Of a stretch of 64,000 bases of DNA, positions 27,740 to 40,740 are shown one piece after another. Position 1 is the first letter of the stretch. Each line of letters starts with the position of its first letter. Origin of the DNA: Planctomycetota bacterium (GTDB lineage: Bacteria > Planctomycetota > UBA1135 > UBA2386). The translations under genes were made by a program, and so were the position numbers. The stretch spans positions 4,256,001 to 4,320,000 of the forward strand of contig OZ245006.1 of assembly GCA_965223545.1 (NCBI GenBank), in the 5' to 3' direction. Below the pieces are notes generated by a model that saw only the letters and a list, made by a program, of their open reading frames with translations, did not search any database and was not told the origin of the DNA.

Positions 27740-29655
27740 ACGATTCTCACCCGACAGTCGAGATACGCCGCGCCCAACCCGAGATCGGTGGGGCGTGCCT
27801 CGATCAGCACGTTGGCGCTGTGCCCGCGATCGTAGTGTCCCCCTTTCGGCATCAGCGCAACGTCGGCGCGCAAGCGCTCGTCGAGCTCGAGGCGCGCGCG
27901 CAGCCGACCGTTCGAGCTCTCGACGGTGACGATCTCGCCGGCGGCCCGCCCGGGCGCGGCGTCGGGATGCACGCGGACCCACGTGTGCTCGCCGAGGTCG
28001 CGGCCAACCCACTGCGACGCCTGGCTCTTCACCGTCGAGTTGCTGAACAACCACAGCGGAAACTCGGGGTCGTCGGCCGCCGGTGTCGGCAGCGCATCGA
28101 GCAGGCGCACCCGGCCCGACGGCGTGCGCACTCGGCCGTCGCCGAACAAGACCTGGCGGCGCATCGGGTCCCGCACCGCGCCGTCGCGCAACTGCTGCAG
28201 GTCGACGCCGTGTGGCTGGAGCTTGCGCAGCAATCGCTGCTTGTAGTCGGTCACGCCGCCCGCCATCGCCGCGCCCAGACCGACGCGGCCGGCGAGTGCG
28301 GTGAACAGCTCGACCTCGTGCAATACGCCGGCCGGTGGCGGCACCACGGGCCGTGACGATGCCAGCCAGTCGTGGCCGTACGCGCCGAGCAGATCCTCAT
28401 CCTCGAGAAGGGTCGGCACGGGGAGGACCAGGTCGGCGCGGCGGCCGGTATCGGTCAAGAACGGGTCGACGACGACGACGAAGTCCCGCGTCTCGAACGC
28501 GCGCGCGACGGTGGCGGAGTCGGGCAACATCGCCACCGGGTTGCCGGCGGTGACCCAGATGGCGCGCACCGGTGGGTCGGAAGCGGCCAAGATGTCGGCA
28601 CCCAGCAGGGGTTCGCGAATGCGACGCGGCGCCTGCTCCGGGTCGCTACCGACCGCGTCGACATCGAACGACGCGCGCCTGGCGAAGTAGAACGAGCACC
28701 CACCGCCGGGCCGGTGCAAGTTGCCCGAGATCGCACTCAGTGCGTCCAGTCCACGCACGATGGCCGCACCGGTCGAGCGGCGTTGCATGCCCCAACCGAC
28801 CAGGATCGCGGTCGGCCCGTTTCGCAGCTGGTCGGCCAGCGCGCGCGCCGCTTCGAGGGAGACTTCGGCGGCGGCGGCCCATTCGGCCGCTGAGCGGCGC
28901 TGCACCAGCGCGCCGTACTCTTCGAGGTTCTCGACTTGGGTCGAGACCTCGGCGGGCAGCCCGCGGTCCCAGAGCAAGCGACCGACAGCCATCGCCAGCT
29001 CGAGATCGCCACCCGGACGCGGCGCCAGCACCACATCGGCGAGACTCACCCCCTTGTGGTGCACCGGATCGATCAGCGTGATGTGAGTGCCGCGCCGCCG
29101 GGCCTCCTTGAGGATCGGCACCAAGTGCACGTTGCTGACGAACGGGTTCTTGCCCCACAGGATGATCGAGCGGCTGTGCTCCAGATCGTGCAGCGCGTTG
29201 CTGTCGCTGACCCCGAAGTCCTGCATTTGCGCCGCCTCGCCAGCGCCGCTGCAGATGTCACCGATCTTCGTCGCGCACGGTCCGAACAGGGCGAAGAAGC
29301 GATCGGCCACCGACTTCAGCAGGCCGAGGCTGCCGCCGGAGCGATAGTGGAGGATCGAGGCGGGCCCCGACTCCGCGCGGATCGCTGTCAGCCGCTCCGC
29401 CGCGTGATCCAGCGCCTGGTCCATCGAGACCGGCACCAACTTGCCGTCGACCCGCAGCAGTGGCTGGCGGAGACGGTCGGGCGCATTCTGCGCCTCGACG
29501 AATCTGGAAGTCCGGTAACAAAGGAAGCCGCGGGTGACGGGGTGGTCCGGGTCACCGGTCAATCCGGTGACGCGGCCATTCTCCACGGTGGCGAGGATTC
29601 CACAGGCATCGGGGCAATCCCGGTTGCAGGTCGTGCGGTGAACGGTCGGCGCCAT
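27736..29655 (-). CDS. Molybdopterin-dependent oxidoreductase (DMSO reductase superfamily), cytoplasmic
   Basis: TCNRDCPDAC...GFLC Fe-S motif, DRLRQPL, ILWGKNP, AGNP, DPFLTDT, ADLVLP, C-terminal VHPDAA dinucleotide-binding domain; no Tat signal. Confidence 0.92.
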   Translation of the reverse strand: MAPTVHRTTCNRDCPDACGILATVENGRVTGLTGDPDHPVTRGFLCYRTSRFVEAQNAPDRLRQPLLRVDGKLVPVSMDQALDHAAERLTAIRAESGPASILHYRSGGSLGLLKSVADRFFALFGPCATKIGDICSGAGEAAQMQDFGVSDSNALHDLEHSRSIILWGKNPFVSNVHLVPILKEARRRGTHITLIDPVHHKGVSLADVVLAPRPGGDLELAMAVGRLLWDRGLPAEVSTQVENLEEYGALVQRRSAAEWAAAAEVSLEAARALADQLRNGPTAILVGWGMQRRSTGAAIVRGLDALSAISGNLHRPGGGCSFYFARRASFDVDAVGSDPEQAPRRIREPLLGADILAASDPPVRAIWVTAGNPVAMLPDSATVARAFETRDFVVVVDPFLTDTGRRADLVLPVPTLLEDEDLLGAYGHDWLASSRPVVPPPAGVLHEVELFTALAGRVGLGAAMAGGVTDYKQRLLRKLQPHGVDLQQLRDGAVRDPMRRQVLFGDGRVRTPSGRVRLLDALPTPAADDPEFPLWLFSNSTVKSQASQWVGRDLGEHTWVRVHPDAAPGRAAGEIVTVESSNGRLRARLELDERLRADVALMPKGGHYDRGHSANVLIEARPTDLGLGAAYLDCRVRIV

Positions 29656-29776
29656 GGTCGTTGTCGTCGTATCGCGGTGATCTTCGCGCACGCGTGTGGA
29701 TAAGCAAAGGCCGTGCAGCCCCCGATCTCCCCGGTATCGAGCTGGCGTGTCCTGACGGTATAACAGCGGATCTCGC

Positions 29777-31609
29777 ATGGAGACCCGTTTTCAGCTCGCA
29801 CCGCTGCTGCGTCGATTCCGTCGGGTGCGCATTGGGGCGTCGTGGTCCGGCGCGCTGTTGCTCGCGGTTGCGATCGCGGTGGAGATCGTCGGCCGGCACA
29901 CGACGTCGGACTTGCAGGACTGCTTCGCGCTGGTCTTGCTCGGTGGGTCGATCGCGGTGGTCTACGTGGTGCGCGGTCGCGAGCGCGTACTGCGTAGCCC
30001 GGTGCTGCTCGGTGCGCGCAGTCGGTTGCGGGCATGGCTCCACGCGCATCGGCTGGAAGTCGGGGTCGACCTGCGCGGTGCGCCGCCCATCCAGCGCGGG
30101 GTCCCGCCTTTGATCGACGAGGTGCTGAGCATCACGGCGGTGGTCGCCGCGGTCTTCGTTATCGCGCTGCTCGCCATCGAGGTCGATGACCGCGCCGTGC
30201 TGGTACGGGTGTTCTATCTCGGTTATCTGTTGGCGTTGGGCGCGCTGTGGGTGTTGCTGTCGATCGTCATCCTCGCGGCTCTGTTCTTGCCGGCGGCGTG
30301 CATCAACGATGCGTTCGCGGTGCGGCACCGAGGCAGCGCGCCGCGGCGGCGACGGCCGGAGGCACCGGTGTTGATCGGTTACTTCGGCGCGGTGCTGCTG
30401 GCAGGCTCGTTGCTGCCGCAGTGGGTTGCCAGCGTGATCGCCGGCAGCGCCCTGTTGCTGTTCTACTTGGTGCTGCGCCGCCCGACCGGTCCCGCGGTGA
30501 CGTTGCTCTGGCGGTTGCGCAACGGATTCGAAGTGCACTCGCTGGACTGGCGCGCGTACGAGCTGCGGTTCGGCACGATTCTGGTCTTGGGTCTCGTGGT
30601 CTTGGTGCTCGCGTCGACCGGCAAACAAGCGCTGGGCCTGCCGCTCGGCGATGACGCCGAATCGATGCCGATTACGATGACCCTGGGGACTCTGGCCGCG
30701 TGGCTCGGTGCCGCTGGCTTGCTGTTCGGTGCGCTCTTCGCGGGGAACTGGTTCCTGCAGCACCGCCGGCGCGACCCGGCACGGCCCTGTGCACCGCGTG
30801 CCCATGTCGGTGGCGACAGCCCGCACCGCGAAGCCGTCGCGGCGGTCTTGCAACGCCGAGGCTGGGAGGTCGTCTTCGCGCCGGAGTCCGCGCGCGCGTG
30901 CGACGTCCAGCTGCGGGCGGTGCCGTCGCCGATGCCCCCGCTGGCGGACCCCGTGCAGTGGCCCGCAGCGGTCAGCGCCAAGGCCGTCGAGGTGCCCGAG
31001 CTGCAAGACAAGCTGCAGCGGCGAGCCGAGATCCAACGGCGACGCCAGCTGATGCGCGGGCTACAGCTGTTGTTCAAACACGCCAGCCGCCGGTCGTTTC
31101 GCCGCGGATCGGGCTTCTGGATCGCGCCGCACTACTGGTACATCGCCGGTATGACCCGGGACGTCGACGAGGACGACCTCGATTCGCAGGGCGGGACGAT
31201 CGTGAGTGGCATCATCGGGCCCGCCTACCACGTCCTGTTCTCGCGCGCCGCACGCAACCACTTCCACGTGGTCTTGGCTGCCCTCGATGTCGATCTGTTG
31301 TTCGTCGAGGACGGCGTCGATTTCAAGCGTCTGCGCGCCGTGTTGGCCGCGATGTTCGAGCACTTCGATATCCACGGCGACCGACAGCGACTGGAGGATC
31401 GCCACCTGGTGGGACTCCCCGGCACGCGCGTCATCGTGCACGACTTCGAGTTCGGCGAACCGCTCCGCCGCAAGGGCTATCCCGAGCCGGACTACGACAC
31501 GCTCGGCCGCGCGCGCATCCTGCACGTGTTTCGCGACCGCGGCGAGCACGAGGATCCGGTGCTGGACCCGGTCGACATCCGCGACATGCCGGTGCCGATG
31601 GCGAACTGA
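29777..31609 (+). CDS. Multi-pass membrane protein with soluble C-terminal domain, unknown function
   Basis: About 8 hydrophobic segments followed by about 270 aa of soluble sequence; GC-rich third codon positions. Confidence 0.75.
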   Translation: METRFQLAPLLRRFRRVRIGASWSGALLLAVAIAVEIVGRHTTSDLQDCFALVLLGGSIAVVYVVRGRERVLRSPVLLGARSRLRAWLHAHRLEVGVDLRGAPPIQRGVPPLIDEVLSITAVVAAVFVIALLAIEVDDRAVLVRVFYLGYLLALGALWVLLSIVILAALFLPAACINDAFAVRHRGSAPRRRRPEAPVLIGYFGAVLLAGSLLPQWVASVIAGSALLLFYLVLRRPTGPAVTLLWRLRNGFEVHSLDWRAYELRFGTILVLGLVVLVLASTGKQALGLPLGDDAESMPITMTLGTLAAWLGAAGLLFGALFAGNWFLQHRRRDPARPCAPRAHVGGDSPHREAVAAVLQRRGWEVVFAPESARACDVQLRAVPSPMPPLADPVQWPAAVSAKAVEVPELQDKLQRRAEIQRRRQLMRGLQLLFKHASRRSFRRGSGFWIAPHYWYIAGMTRDVDEDDLDSQGGTIVSGIIGPAYHVLFSRAARNHFHVVLAALDVDLLFVEDGVDFKRLRAVLAAMFEHFDIHGDRQRLEDRHLVGLPGTRVIVHDFEFGEPLRRKGYPEPDYDTLGRARILHVFRDRGEHEDPVLDPVDIRDMPVPMAN

Positions 31610-31635
31610 TCGCCCGGTTTCTCAGCGCGGCCACG

Positions 31636-31703
31636 AGTCCTGACGACAGTGGGCCTTCGGAAGTGTCGTCGCCGCGCGAAGACTTGCGGCCCCGGACGCT
31701 CAG
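31636..31703 (-). repeat. Partial copy of an intergenic structured repeat
   Basis: Near-identical to 31834-31901; bracketed by the direct repeat CTCAGCGCGGCC (31621-31632 and 31699-31710); inverted half-copy at 31711-31742. Confidence 0.9.
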
Positions 31704-31780
31704 CGCGGCCGGGGGCCGCAAAGGACGAGCCCGCGGCGACAATAGCGGAGCCCGCGAACCCAACGGTGCCGGACGGCCGC

Positions 31781-31897
31781 GCCGAGCGCAGACGCCAGTG
31801 TTGCTTTCGAGCGTCCGGGAGTTGCGCTACGGAAGTCCTGACGACAACGGGCCTTTCGGAAGTGTGTCGCCGCGCGAAGACTTGCGGCCCCGGACGC

Positions 31898-31901
<4 letters not shown>
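31781..31901 (-). repeat. Roughly 120-bp structured intergenic repeat beginning at the aceA stop codon
   Basis: Terminal stem GAGCGTCCGGG/CCCGGACGCTC; reverse complement aligns with 35982-36101. Confidence 0.9.
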
Positions 31902-33241
<1,340 letters not shown>

Positions 33242-33313
33242 TGGATGGTCGTGTTGCGGTTGTCAACGTGGCGACGAACCGGCCTGGACGACCGGCTCGC
33301 AGCGCCGGTGAGT

Positions 33314-34939
33314 TCAGTCTGAGAGTGCGGTGATGTGCTGGTAGGCGGGCAGAGTGAGGAATTCCTCGAGCTGCTCCGCGGAGATCAACTGCGCGAACAG
33401 CTGGCCGGCGAGCGCGAAGCGCTCGTTCTCGAACGCGTGCTCGCCCACGTCGGACCGGATGCGACCGAGCTCTTCGTCGAGGACTCGAGCGAACAGCTCC
33501 TGATCGATGCGACGACCGTCGCCGAGCGAGGCGCCGTGCCGGATCCACTGCCAGATCTGTACGCGGGAGATCTCCGCGGTGGCGGCGTCCTCCATCAAGT
33601 TGTGGATCGGCACACAGCCGTTGCCGCGCAACCACGCGGCCAGATAGAGCACGCCGACATGCAGGTTGTGCCGCAGCCCTTGCTCGGTGATCTCGCCGCT
33701 CGGTACGCGGAGCAGGTCCTCGGCGGTGACCGCGGGGCCGCCATACGGCGCGTCGATCTGGTTGTCGCCGGTCATGCCGGAATCGAAGATCTCGCGCGCC
33801 AAGCCGACCAGGCCGGGGTGCGCGACCCAAGTGCCGTCGTGTCCGTCCTCGACCTCGCGCTGCTTGTCCGCCCTGACTTTGCCGAGCGCAGCGTCGTTGG
33901 CAGCCGGGTCGCCCTTGATGGGAATCTGCGCGGCCATCCCGCCCATGGCGTGAATCCCGCGGCGGTGGCAGGTCTGGATCAGCAGCTGGCTGTAGGAGCG
34001 CAGGAAGTGCTGCTGCATCGTCACCGAGCCACGGTCCGGAAGGACGAACGACGGATGGGCGCGAAAGCGCTTGATGAAGCTGAAGATGTAGTCCCAGCGG
34101 CCGCAGTTGAGGCCGGCGCTGTGGTCGCGCAGCTCGTACAGGATCTCGTCCATCTCGAACGCGGCCGTGATGGTCTCGATCAGAACCGTTGCACGAACCG
34201 TGCCGGGCGGAAGGCCGAGCAGCTCCTGCGCGGCCAAGAACACGTCGTTCCACAGCCGAGCTTCGAGGTGGCTCTCGAGCTTCGGCAGGTAGAAGTAGGG
34301 GCCGGTGCCCCGCCGGAGCAGTTCCTCCGCGTTGTGGAAGAGATAGAGGCCGAAGTCGAACAGCGACGCGGACACCGCCGCGCCGTCGAGGGTGACGTGC
34401 GCTTCCTCGAGGTGCCAGCCGCGCGGCCGGACCACGAGCGTCGCCGTCGTCTCGGCCAGCGCGTAGTGCTTGCCGGTGTCGGGATGAGTGAAGTCCACTT
34501 GCCGCCGGATGGCGTCGTGCAGGTTGAGCTGGCCGTGGACGACGTTGTGCCAGGTCGGCGCGTTGGAGTCCTCGAAGTCGGCCATGAACACGCACGCCCC
34601 GCTATTGAGGGCGTTGATGATCATCTTGCGATCGACGGGGCCCGTGATCTCGACGCGCCGGTCGCGCAGGTCGGCCGGTATCGGCGCGACCCGCCAGTCA
34701 CCGTCGCGGATCGCGGCGGTCTCGGGCAGGAAGTCGAGCAGCGCGCCCGCGTCGAGGCGCTGCTGCACTTCTTCGCGCCGCGCCAGCAGTTCACGGCGGC
34801 GTCCACCGAAGCGCCGCTCCAGCGCGGCGACGAATGCGAGCGCCGCCGGCGAGACGATGCCTGCACAAGAAGGCTCGACCGCAGCGCGCACCGTCAAGCC
34901 GTTGTGCTGCGTGGATACCGTCGTGGAGTCCTCGTGCAC
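33314..34939 (-). CDS. aceB: Malate synthase A
   Basis: [64 protein letters not shown]; start uncertain (GTG 34939 chosen). Confidence 0.97.
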   Translation of the reverse strand: MHEDSTTVSTQHNGLTVRAAVEPSCAGIVSPAALAFVAALERRFGGRRRELLARREEVQQRLDAGALLDFLPETAAIRDGDWRVAPIPADLRDRRVEITGPVDRKMIINALNSGACVFMADFEDSNAPTWHNVVHGQLNLHDAIRRQVDFTHPDTGKHYALAETTATLVVRPRGWHLEEAHVTLDGAAVSASLFDFGLYLFHNAEELLRRGTGPYFYLPKLESHLEARLWNDVFLAAQELLGLPPGTVRATVLIETITAAFEMDEILYELRDHSAGLNCGRWDYIFSFIKRFRAHPSFVLPDRGSVTMQQHFLRSYSQLLIQTCHRRGIHAMGGMAAQIPIKGDPAANDAALGKVRADKQREVEDGHDGTWVAHPGLVGLAREIFDSGMTGDNQIDAPYGGPAVTAEDLLRVPSGEITEQGLRHNLHVGVLYLAAWLRGNGCVPIHNLMEDAATAEISRVQIWQWIRHGASLGDGRRIDQELFARVLDEELGRIRSDVGEHAFENERFALAGQLFAQLISAEQLEEFLTLPAYQHITALSD

Positions 34940-35127
34940 TTGGCGATCCCCCGCTTCCCCGTTTCGTTTCGACGCCGGTGGCCCCGAATCCCCCGGCACT
35001 CGAGAACATCGGCAAACGACGGCCGCCGTGTGTGGCGATTCTCTGGGCAGCCGGCCGATGCGCGGTGCGAAGGCGCTCCCGCCGAAGTTCGGTTATTTTT
35101 GCACCGCCCCGACGACATTGTGCAGCG

Positions 35128-35979
35128 ATGCAACACCCGACCCCGCCGATGCGCGGGCGCGCCGCGTCCGTGCTCTGGACCGCGTTGTTCTCCGCCGCGA
35201 CTGCCGCGCTGGTCACCGTCTGGCTATCGGGCTCCGGCCCGCCCAGCGCGCCCCCAAGGCCGGAACTCGCCATCGACGGAGCCGATCTCCGCGTGCTGCG
35301 CGAGAGGGTCGCCCAGCTCGAGCAGCGTCTGGCGGCGCGGCCGCTCCTCGCGGAGCCGATGAAGACCGCCGAACCCGGCGCGGGCGAGCAGCCCGCGCGG
35401 CGCGCGGTCGCCGACCGCGAAGCGCGGGTCGAAACGAGAATCACCGCGCTCGAGCAGCAGATCGCCGCTCTGGGCCAGCGGGCGTCGCGGTTGCGCATCG
35501 GGGGAGACTTGGACAAGAACCCGGGCGACGCCGCGGCCGCCGCGCAGAGCATGGTCGAAAGGCGTGCCGCGGAGCAGCGTCGTCGCGCTGACCTGCAGGC
35601 GACGATCCTCGACCCGGCCGCTGCGGCGGACGTCAAGCGACAGGCCTGGTCGCGGCTGCGTGGGATCGAGGACGCCTACTCCGATGAAGTCGTGGCCGAG
35701 ATGGTGCGTCTCGGCCTGGGCTCGCAGGATGCGAGGCTGCGCGCCGACATCTGGCGCCAGGCGGACGGCCGCTCCATGCACGATGCCCTGGTGCCCGCGC
35801 TGCTGCGGGCCGTGCAGACCGATCCCGACAGCTCGGTGCGCGAGGAGGCGGCGGAGACCCTCGAGAACTACGCGCACCGGCCCGAAGTCGCACAGACGCT
35901 GACGTTCGTGGCGGCCAACGACGCCGACGAGGGCGTGCGCCGCTACGCCGCGCGCTCGCTGGAGCGCGTCCGCCGATAG
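35128..35979 (+). CDS. Membrane-anchored coiled-coil plus HEAT repeat protein
   Basis: N-terminal TM segment; LRERVAQLEQRL coiled coil; HEAT repeats DPDSSVREEAAETL and DADEGVRRYAARSL. Confidence 0.75.
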   Translation: MQHPTPPMRGRAASVLWTALFSAATAALVTVWLSGSGPPSAPPRPELAIDGADLRVLRERVAQLEQRLAARPLLAEPMKTAEPGAGEQPARRAVADREARVETRITALEQQIAALGQRASRLRIGGDLDKNPGDAAAAAQSMVERRAAEQRRRADLQATILDPAAAADVKRQAWSRLRGIEDAYSDEVVAEMVRLGLGSQDARLRADIWRQADGRSMHDALVPALLRAVQTDPDSSVREEAAETLENYAHRPEVAQTLTFVAANDADEGVRRYAARSLERVRR

Positions 35980-35981
35980 GA

Positions 35982-36101
35982 CTGAGCCTCGGGGCCGCAA
36001 GTCTGCGCGCGGCGACAACCTTTCGGAAGGCTCGATGCCGCTGGAACTTCGACAACGCAGCTCCCGGAGGCTCGAAGACAACACTGGCCTCTGAGCTCGG
36101 C
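35982..36101 (+). repeat. Diverged copy of the roughly 120-bp structured repeat
   Basis: About 80% identical by manual alignment to the reverse complement of 31781-31901; starts 2 nt after TAG 35979. Confidence 0.88.
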
Positions 36102-36269
36102 CCCAAGGGCCGCGGTGGTTCGCTCGGCGCGACTCTCGAGTGCTATCATGGAACCGAGTTGCTTCGCCGGTGTCCCCAAGAGCGCTCGTGTGCGGTGTTC
36201 TAGGGGCCGGCGCAGTGAACGGCGTGGCCAATCGCGTCGAGGTGCTCTGGAGAAGCTCGGGGGCGTAGC

Positions 36270-36548
36270 GTGACTGAAGACTCTGCTCGTTCGATTCTGA
36301 AGCTGATCGCGGTCGCGGTCATCATGGTTGGACTCAGCATGTTCGTGCGCACGGTCATGAGTCTGTTGGCTGCAGGTTCCTCCATGCCTGAGATCTCCAC
36401 CGACATCCAATTCCAAGTGTCGGGCACCATCGCGCAGCTCGGGTTGTTCTCCGTGCTTGCAGACCTGGGCGTCGCCGCTCTCGGGCTGGCTCTGTTCGTC
36501 TTGAGCCCAAAGCTCGCCGAGAAGATCGTCGAGTCGTCGTCCCGCTGA
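36270..36548 (+). CDS. Small two-TM membrane protein
   Basis: Two clear hydrophobic helices; visibly lower GC than its neighbours; extended -10-like TGCTATCAT at 36141-36149. Confidence 0.6.
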   Translation: MTEDSARSILKLIAVAVIMVGLSMFVRTVMSLLAAGSSMPEISTDIQFQVSGTIAQLGLFSVLADLGVAALGLALFVLSPKLAEKIVESSSR

Positions 36549-36667
36549 GACAGTGCCTCCAGGCTCGCGGCGACGGATGTGTCCGGCGTTCCAAGCGGCG
36601 CCGGCGAGAGCGGCATCCGAGTTTACGGCCGTGGCCGCGCTGAAGACTGCAGGACCGGCCTGCTGCC

Positions 36668-36719
36668 ATGCGATGGAGCACGCCCTCAGCGCCGGCTGAG
36701 GGTTGCTGTTCCATCGCGT
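36668..36719. other. Long imperfect intergenic hairpin
   Basis: GCGATGGAGCA-CG-CCCTCAGC-GCCG-GCTGAGGG-TTGC-TGTTCCATCGC. Confidence 0.7.
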
Positions 36720-36938
36720 TCTGTGGCTCGAGTGCCCGCGAGCCCCGGTGGCGCCTCGGCACGAGACACTCCGGCGAGCCGATGCCGACTCCGCTGGCGG
36801 TTTTTTGGCAATGGCCAAAAGGCGGACATGTGGATGTGCCGAAAACCTCCACGGCGCAGGACCCCACCTGCCGTTTGCAGAGCCACCCCCCGGCTCGCGC
36901 AGGTGTGGCCGTCTCGCCGGAAACGAAACGGAGTCGGC

Positions 36939-38356
<1,418 letters not shown>

Positions 38357-38360
<4 letters not shown>

Positions 38361-39037
38361 ACGGCGGTGACCCGTCGTCGGCGCCCGAGGCTGCCCGCGC
38401 CGCGCGCGGGCAAGTGGTGGCGCGGCGGCTGCAAGCGGTGCTCGGCCACGAGCTGCGCAATCCGCTGGCGGCGGCCCTGACCAACGTCGAGACCGTCGCG
38501 GCGATGACCGACGCCGCTGATCCCCGCGCCCGGATGCTGCAACGGGCTGCGCGTGACCTGGACCGCGTCGCGGCCTTGCTCGATCGCTACCTTGGTCTGG
38601 GGTCGCACCGCGCCCCGCGCCTCGAGCGGGTCTCGCTGCGAGCCGCCGTGGCGAGCGCGTGCCGCACCGTCGAGGGTCTCGTCGTCGAACTCGACGGCGT
38701 CGATACCGACGTGCGTGTCGACCCGCTGCTGTTCCGTCGAGTGTTGGACAACCTGCTCGACAACGCCGCCAGGGCCGGTGCCTCGCGGGTCTGGTGTCGC
38801 TGGCGCCGCCGGACGGACGGTGGCGTCCATCTGGAGATCCGTGACAACGGTCGCGGCGTGCCCGACTGCCTGCGGGCGACGCTGTTCGAGCCCGGCGTCA
38901 CCGGGCGCGGAGGCACTGGTCTGGGACTCGCCGTGGCGCGCGACGTGATGCGGGCGATGCGCGGCGACATCCGGCTGCATCGCGGTTCCGGCGGTGCGCG
39001 GTTCGGCCTGCTCGTGCACGCGGCCCAGGAGGACTGA
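38357..39037 (+). CDS. Histidine kinase lacking a sensor domain
   Basis: GHELRNPL H-box within about 35 aa of the start; NLLDNA, DNGRGV, LFEPG, GTGLGL; GTGA overlap. Confidence 0.88.
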
Positions 39038-39039
39038 CC

Positions 39040-39915
39040 ATGCTCGTTCTGCTGGTGGAAGACGAGAGCGGGTTGCGTGAAGGGTTGGCGGACTACCTGT
39101 CGCTGCACGGCCACGTCGTGCGCGCCGTCGACAGCTGCGCCGCTGCGCTCGATGCTCTGCGAGACGAGGACTTCGACGTGGTCGTCACCGACTGGCGGCT
39201 CGGCGACGGGCTGGGCGCGCTGGTGTTGGAGCGCTGCGACAGCCCGGCGATCGTGATGAGCGGTCATCCCGACGAGGTCGCGTCGAGCGGCGCCAAGAGC
39301 TTGCTCTGCAAACCGACGCGGCCGGCGGATCTGCTCGCCGAGATCGAGCGCGTCGCGGCCGCGCCGGCACCGTCCGTGCAGGTCTCGCCCGCACCCGGCG
39401 CCGTCGACGCGGGCCTCCCGGCCGACGCGAGAGCACGGCTGCGCCTTCTGCGGCACGCGCTCGGAGGCGCCATCGAGTATCGCGTCGAGGCGGACGAGCT
39501 GCTCGTCGTCGCGCCGTTGCCCGCGCCGGCCGTCGAGCTGCCGGACGTCGTCGACCGGGTCGGTGGCGATGCCAGGATCCTGGACCATGGCGACGGTCCC
39601 CGTCTCGAGCTGCGCATGTTCGTCGACGGGCGCCCCGACGGTGCCGTGGCGGTACGGATCGACGACCCGTGGCCGCCGCCACCGGCGGTGGTAGCGCTCG
39701 ATCTGGCCTTCGAGCGCGATGCCGAGCGCTGCCTCCGCGCGGTGCGCGCAGCGGCGGCGCGCGCGTCGCGCGGGCGCCGTGTACACATTCTCAACGTCGA
39801 GCCCGAAGTGCGTCTGTACTTCGAAGCCACGGGAAACGGTGCGCTCTTGCCGATGAGAACGCCGTGCGGGCCGCGGTTGCCCGCTCTGTTGACGGAGCTG
39901 TGGCGGCAGACATGA
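39040..39915 (+). CDS. Response regulator receiver fused to an uncharacterised output region
   Basis: LLVEDE, VTDW phospho-Asp, MSG, CKP; GGAGGA RBS. Confidence 0.82.
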   Translation: MLVLLVEDESGLREGLADYLSLHGHVVRAVDSCAAALDALRDEDFDVVVTDWRLGDGLGALVLERCDSPAIVMSGHPDEVASSGAKSLLCKPTRPADLLAEIERVAAAPAPSVQVSPAPGAVDAGLPADARARLRLLRHALGGAIEYRVEADELLVVAPLPAPAVELPDVVDRVGGDARILDHGDGPRLELRMFVDGRPDGAVAVRIDDPWPPPPAVVALDLAFERDAERCLRAVRAAAARASRGRRVHILNVEPEVRLYFEATGNGALLPMRTPCGPRLPALLTELWRQT

Positions 39916-40733
39916 AGGACTTCGAGGACTCGAGAGCGGCATCGGTCGAAGCATCGAAGAACGCCGGTCAAACCGAGGGCGAGGCTCTCGATCGACTGAT
40001 GGCGGCGGGTGCGCCGGCCGCCGGCGCCGAGACACCGGCGGTTGCCGCCGAAGGCGAGGAGTCCTCGCCCGTTTCGCGCGAAGCCGAGACCACAGCCGGC
40101 GCCGCGCCCATCTTTCGGCGCGCGGCACGATCGGGCGCGCGGCTCGACGTCGTGCTGCAGGTGGCGTTGGCGATCAACGTCGTGGTGCTCGCAGTCCTCT
40201 TGGGTACCACCTCCTCCACGGGGGTGACCGAATCCGCGCCGCCGCCGGCGCAGAGCGACCCGGTGCTCACCCCGCTCCGCGAGATCGGTCAGCTGCCCGA
40301 CAGCCCGCTCTGGGAGCAGGCCGTGCGGGCGGCCGGGACCGGCGACTACGCCGGCGCCGTACGCCTGCTCGAGAGCTACCTCGAGGCGACGCCCCAGATG
40401 TCGGATGTCGAGCGCCAGCTGGTCTACAACCAAGTCGCCTACTACCTGATCAAGGTCGGTCGGGTCGCCGAGTCGCAGCGCTACACCGACCGCGCCCGCG
40501 AGCTGCTCGGCCGGGTCTACCTCGGCCAGGACTTGCTGCAGGCGGCCGAGGCCGCCGGCGGTCGCGGTGCGTTGGAGCAGATGAGGGCCTCGTACGCCCG
40601 CTTCTTGCTGCAGCTGGAGCAGACCTCGCCCGCAGTGCGGCAGCGCGAAGCCGAGGCGTTGCTCCGGCTCGGCGATTCGTATCGCATCGAAGCCGGCGGT
40701 CGCGATGACAAGGCCGGCGGCGAGGGAGGCTGA
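39912..40733 (+). CDS. Membrane-anchored TPR-like protein
   Basis: ATGA coupling; acidic N-terminus; TM segment VVLQVALAINVVVLAVLLG; GDYAGAVRLLESYL and EALLRLGDSY TPR-like helices. Confidence 0.7.
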   Translation: MKDFEDSRAASVEASKNAGQTEGEALDRLMAAGAPAAGAETPAVAAEGEESSPVSREAETTAGAAPIFRRAARSGARLDVVLQVALAINVVVLAVLLGTTSSTGVTESAPPPAQSDPVLTPLREIGQLPDSPLWEQAVRAAGTGDYAGAVRLLESYLEATPQMSDVERQLVYNQVAYYLIKVGRVAESQRYTDRARELLGRVYLGQDLLQAAEAAGGRGALEQMRASYARFLLQLEQTSPAVRQREAEALLRLGDSYRIEAGGRDDKAGGEGG

Positions 40734-40740
40734 GCCCGCG

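Noticed and set aside
35982..36720. Integron cassette (attC sites around the small membrane gene)
   Set aside because: No RYYYAAC...GTTRRRY boundaries on the hairpins and no integrase in the window
36786..36806. Rho-independent terminator before the T6 run
   Set aside because: The stem is only about 4 bp with an implausibly small loop
36720..36938. Sigma-54 (-24/-12) promoter upstream of the NtrC gene
   Set aside because: GGCAC-like strings are present but there is no TTGC at the required spacing
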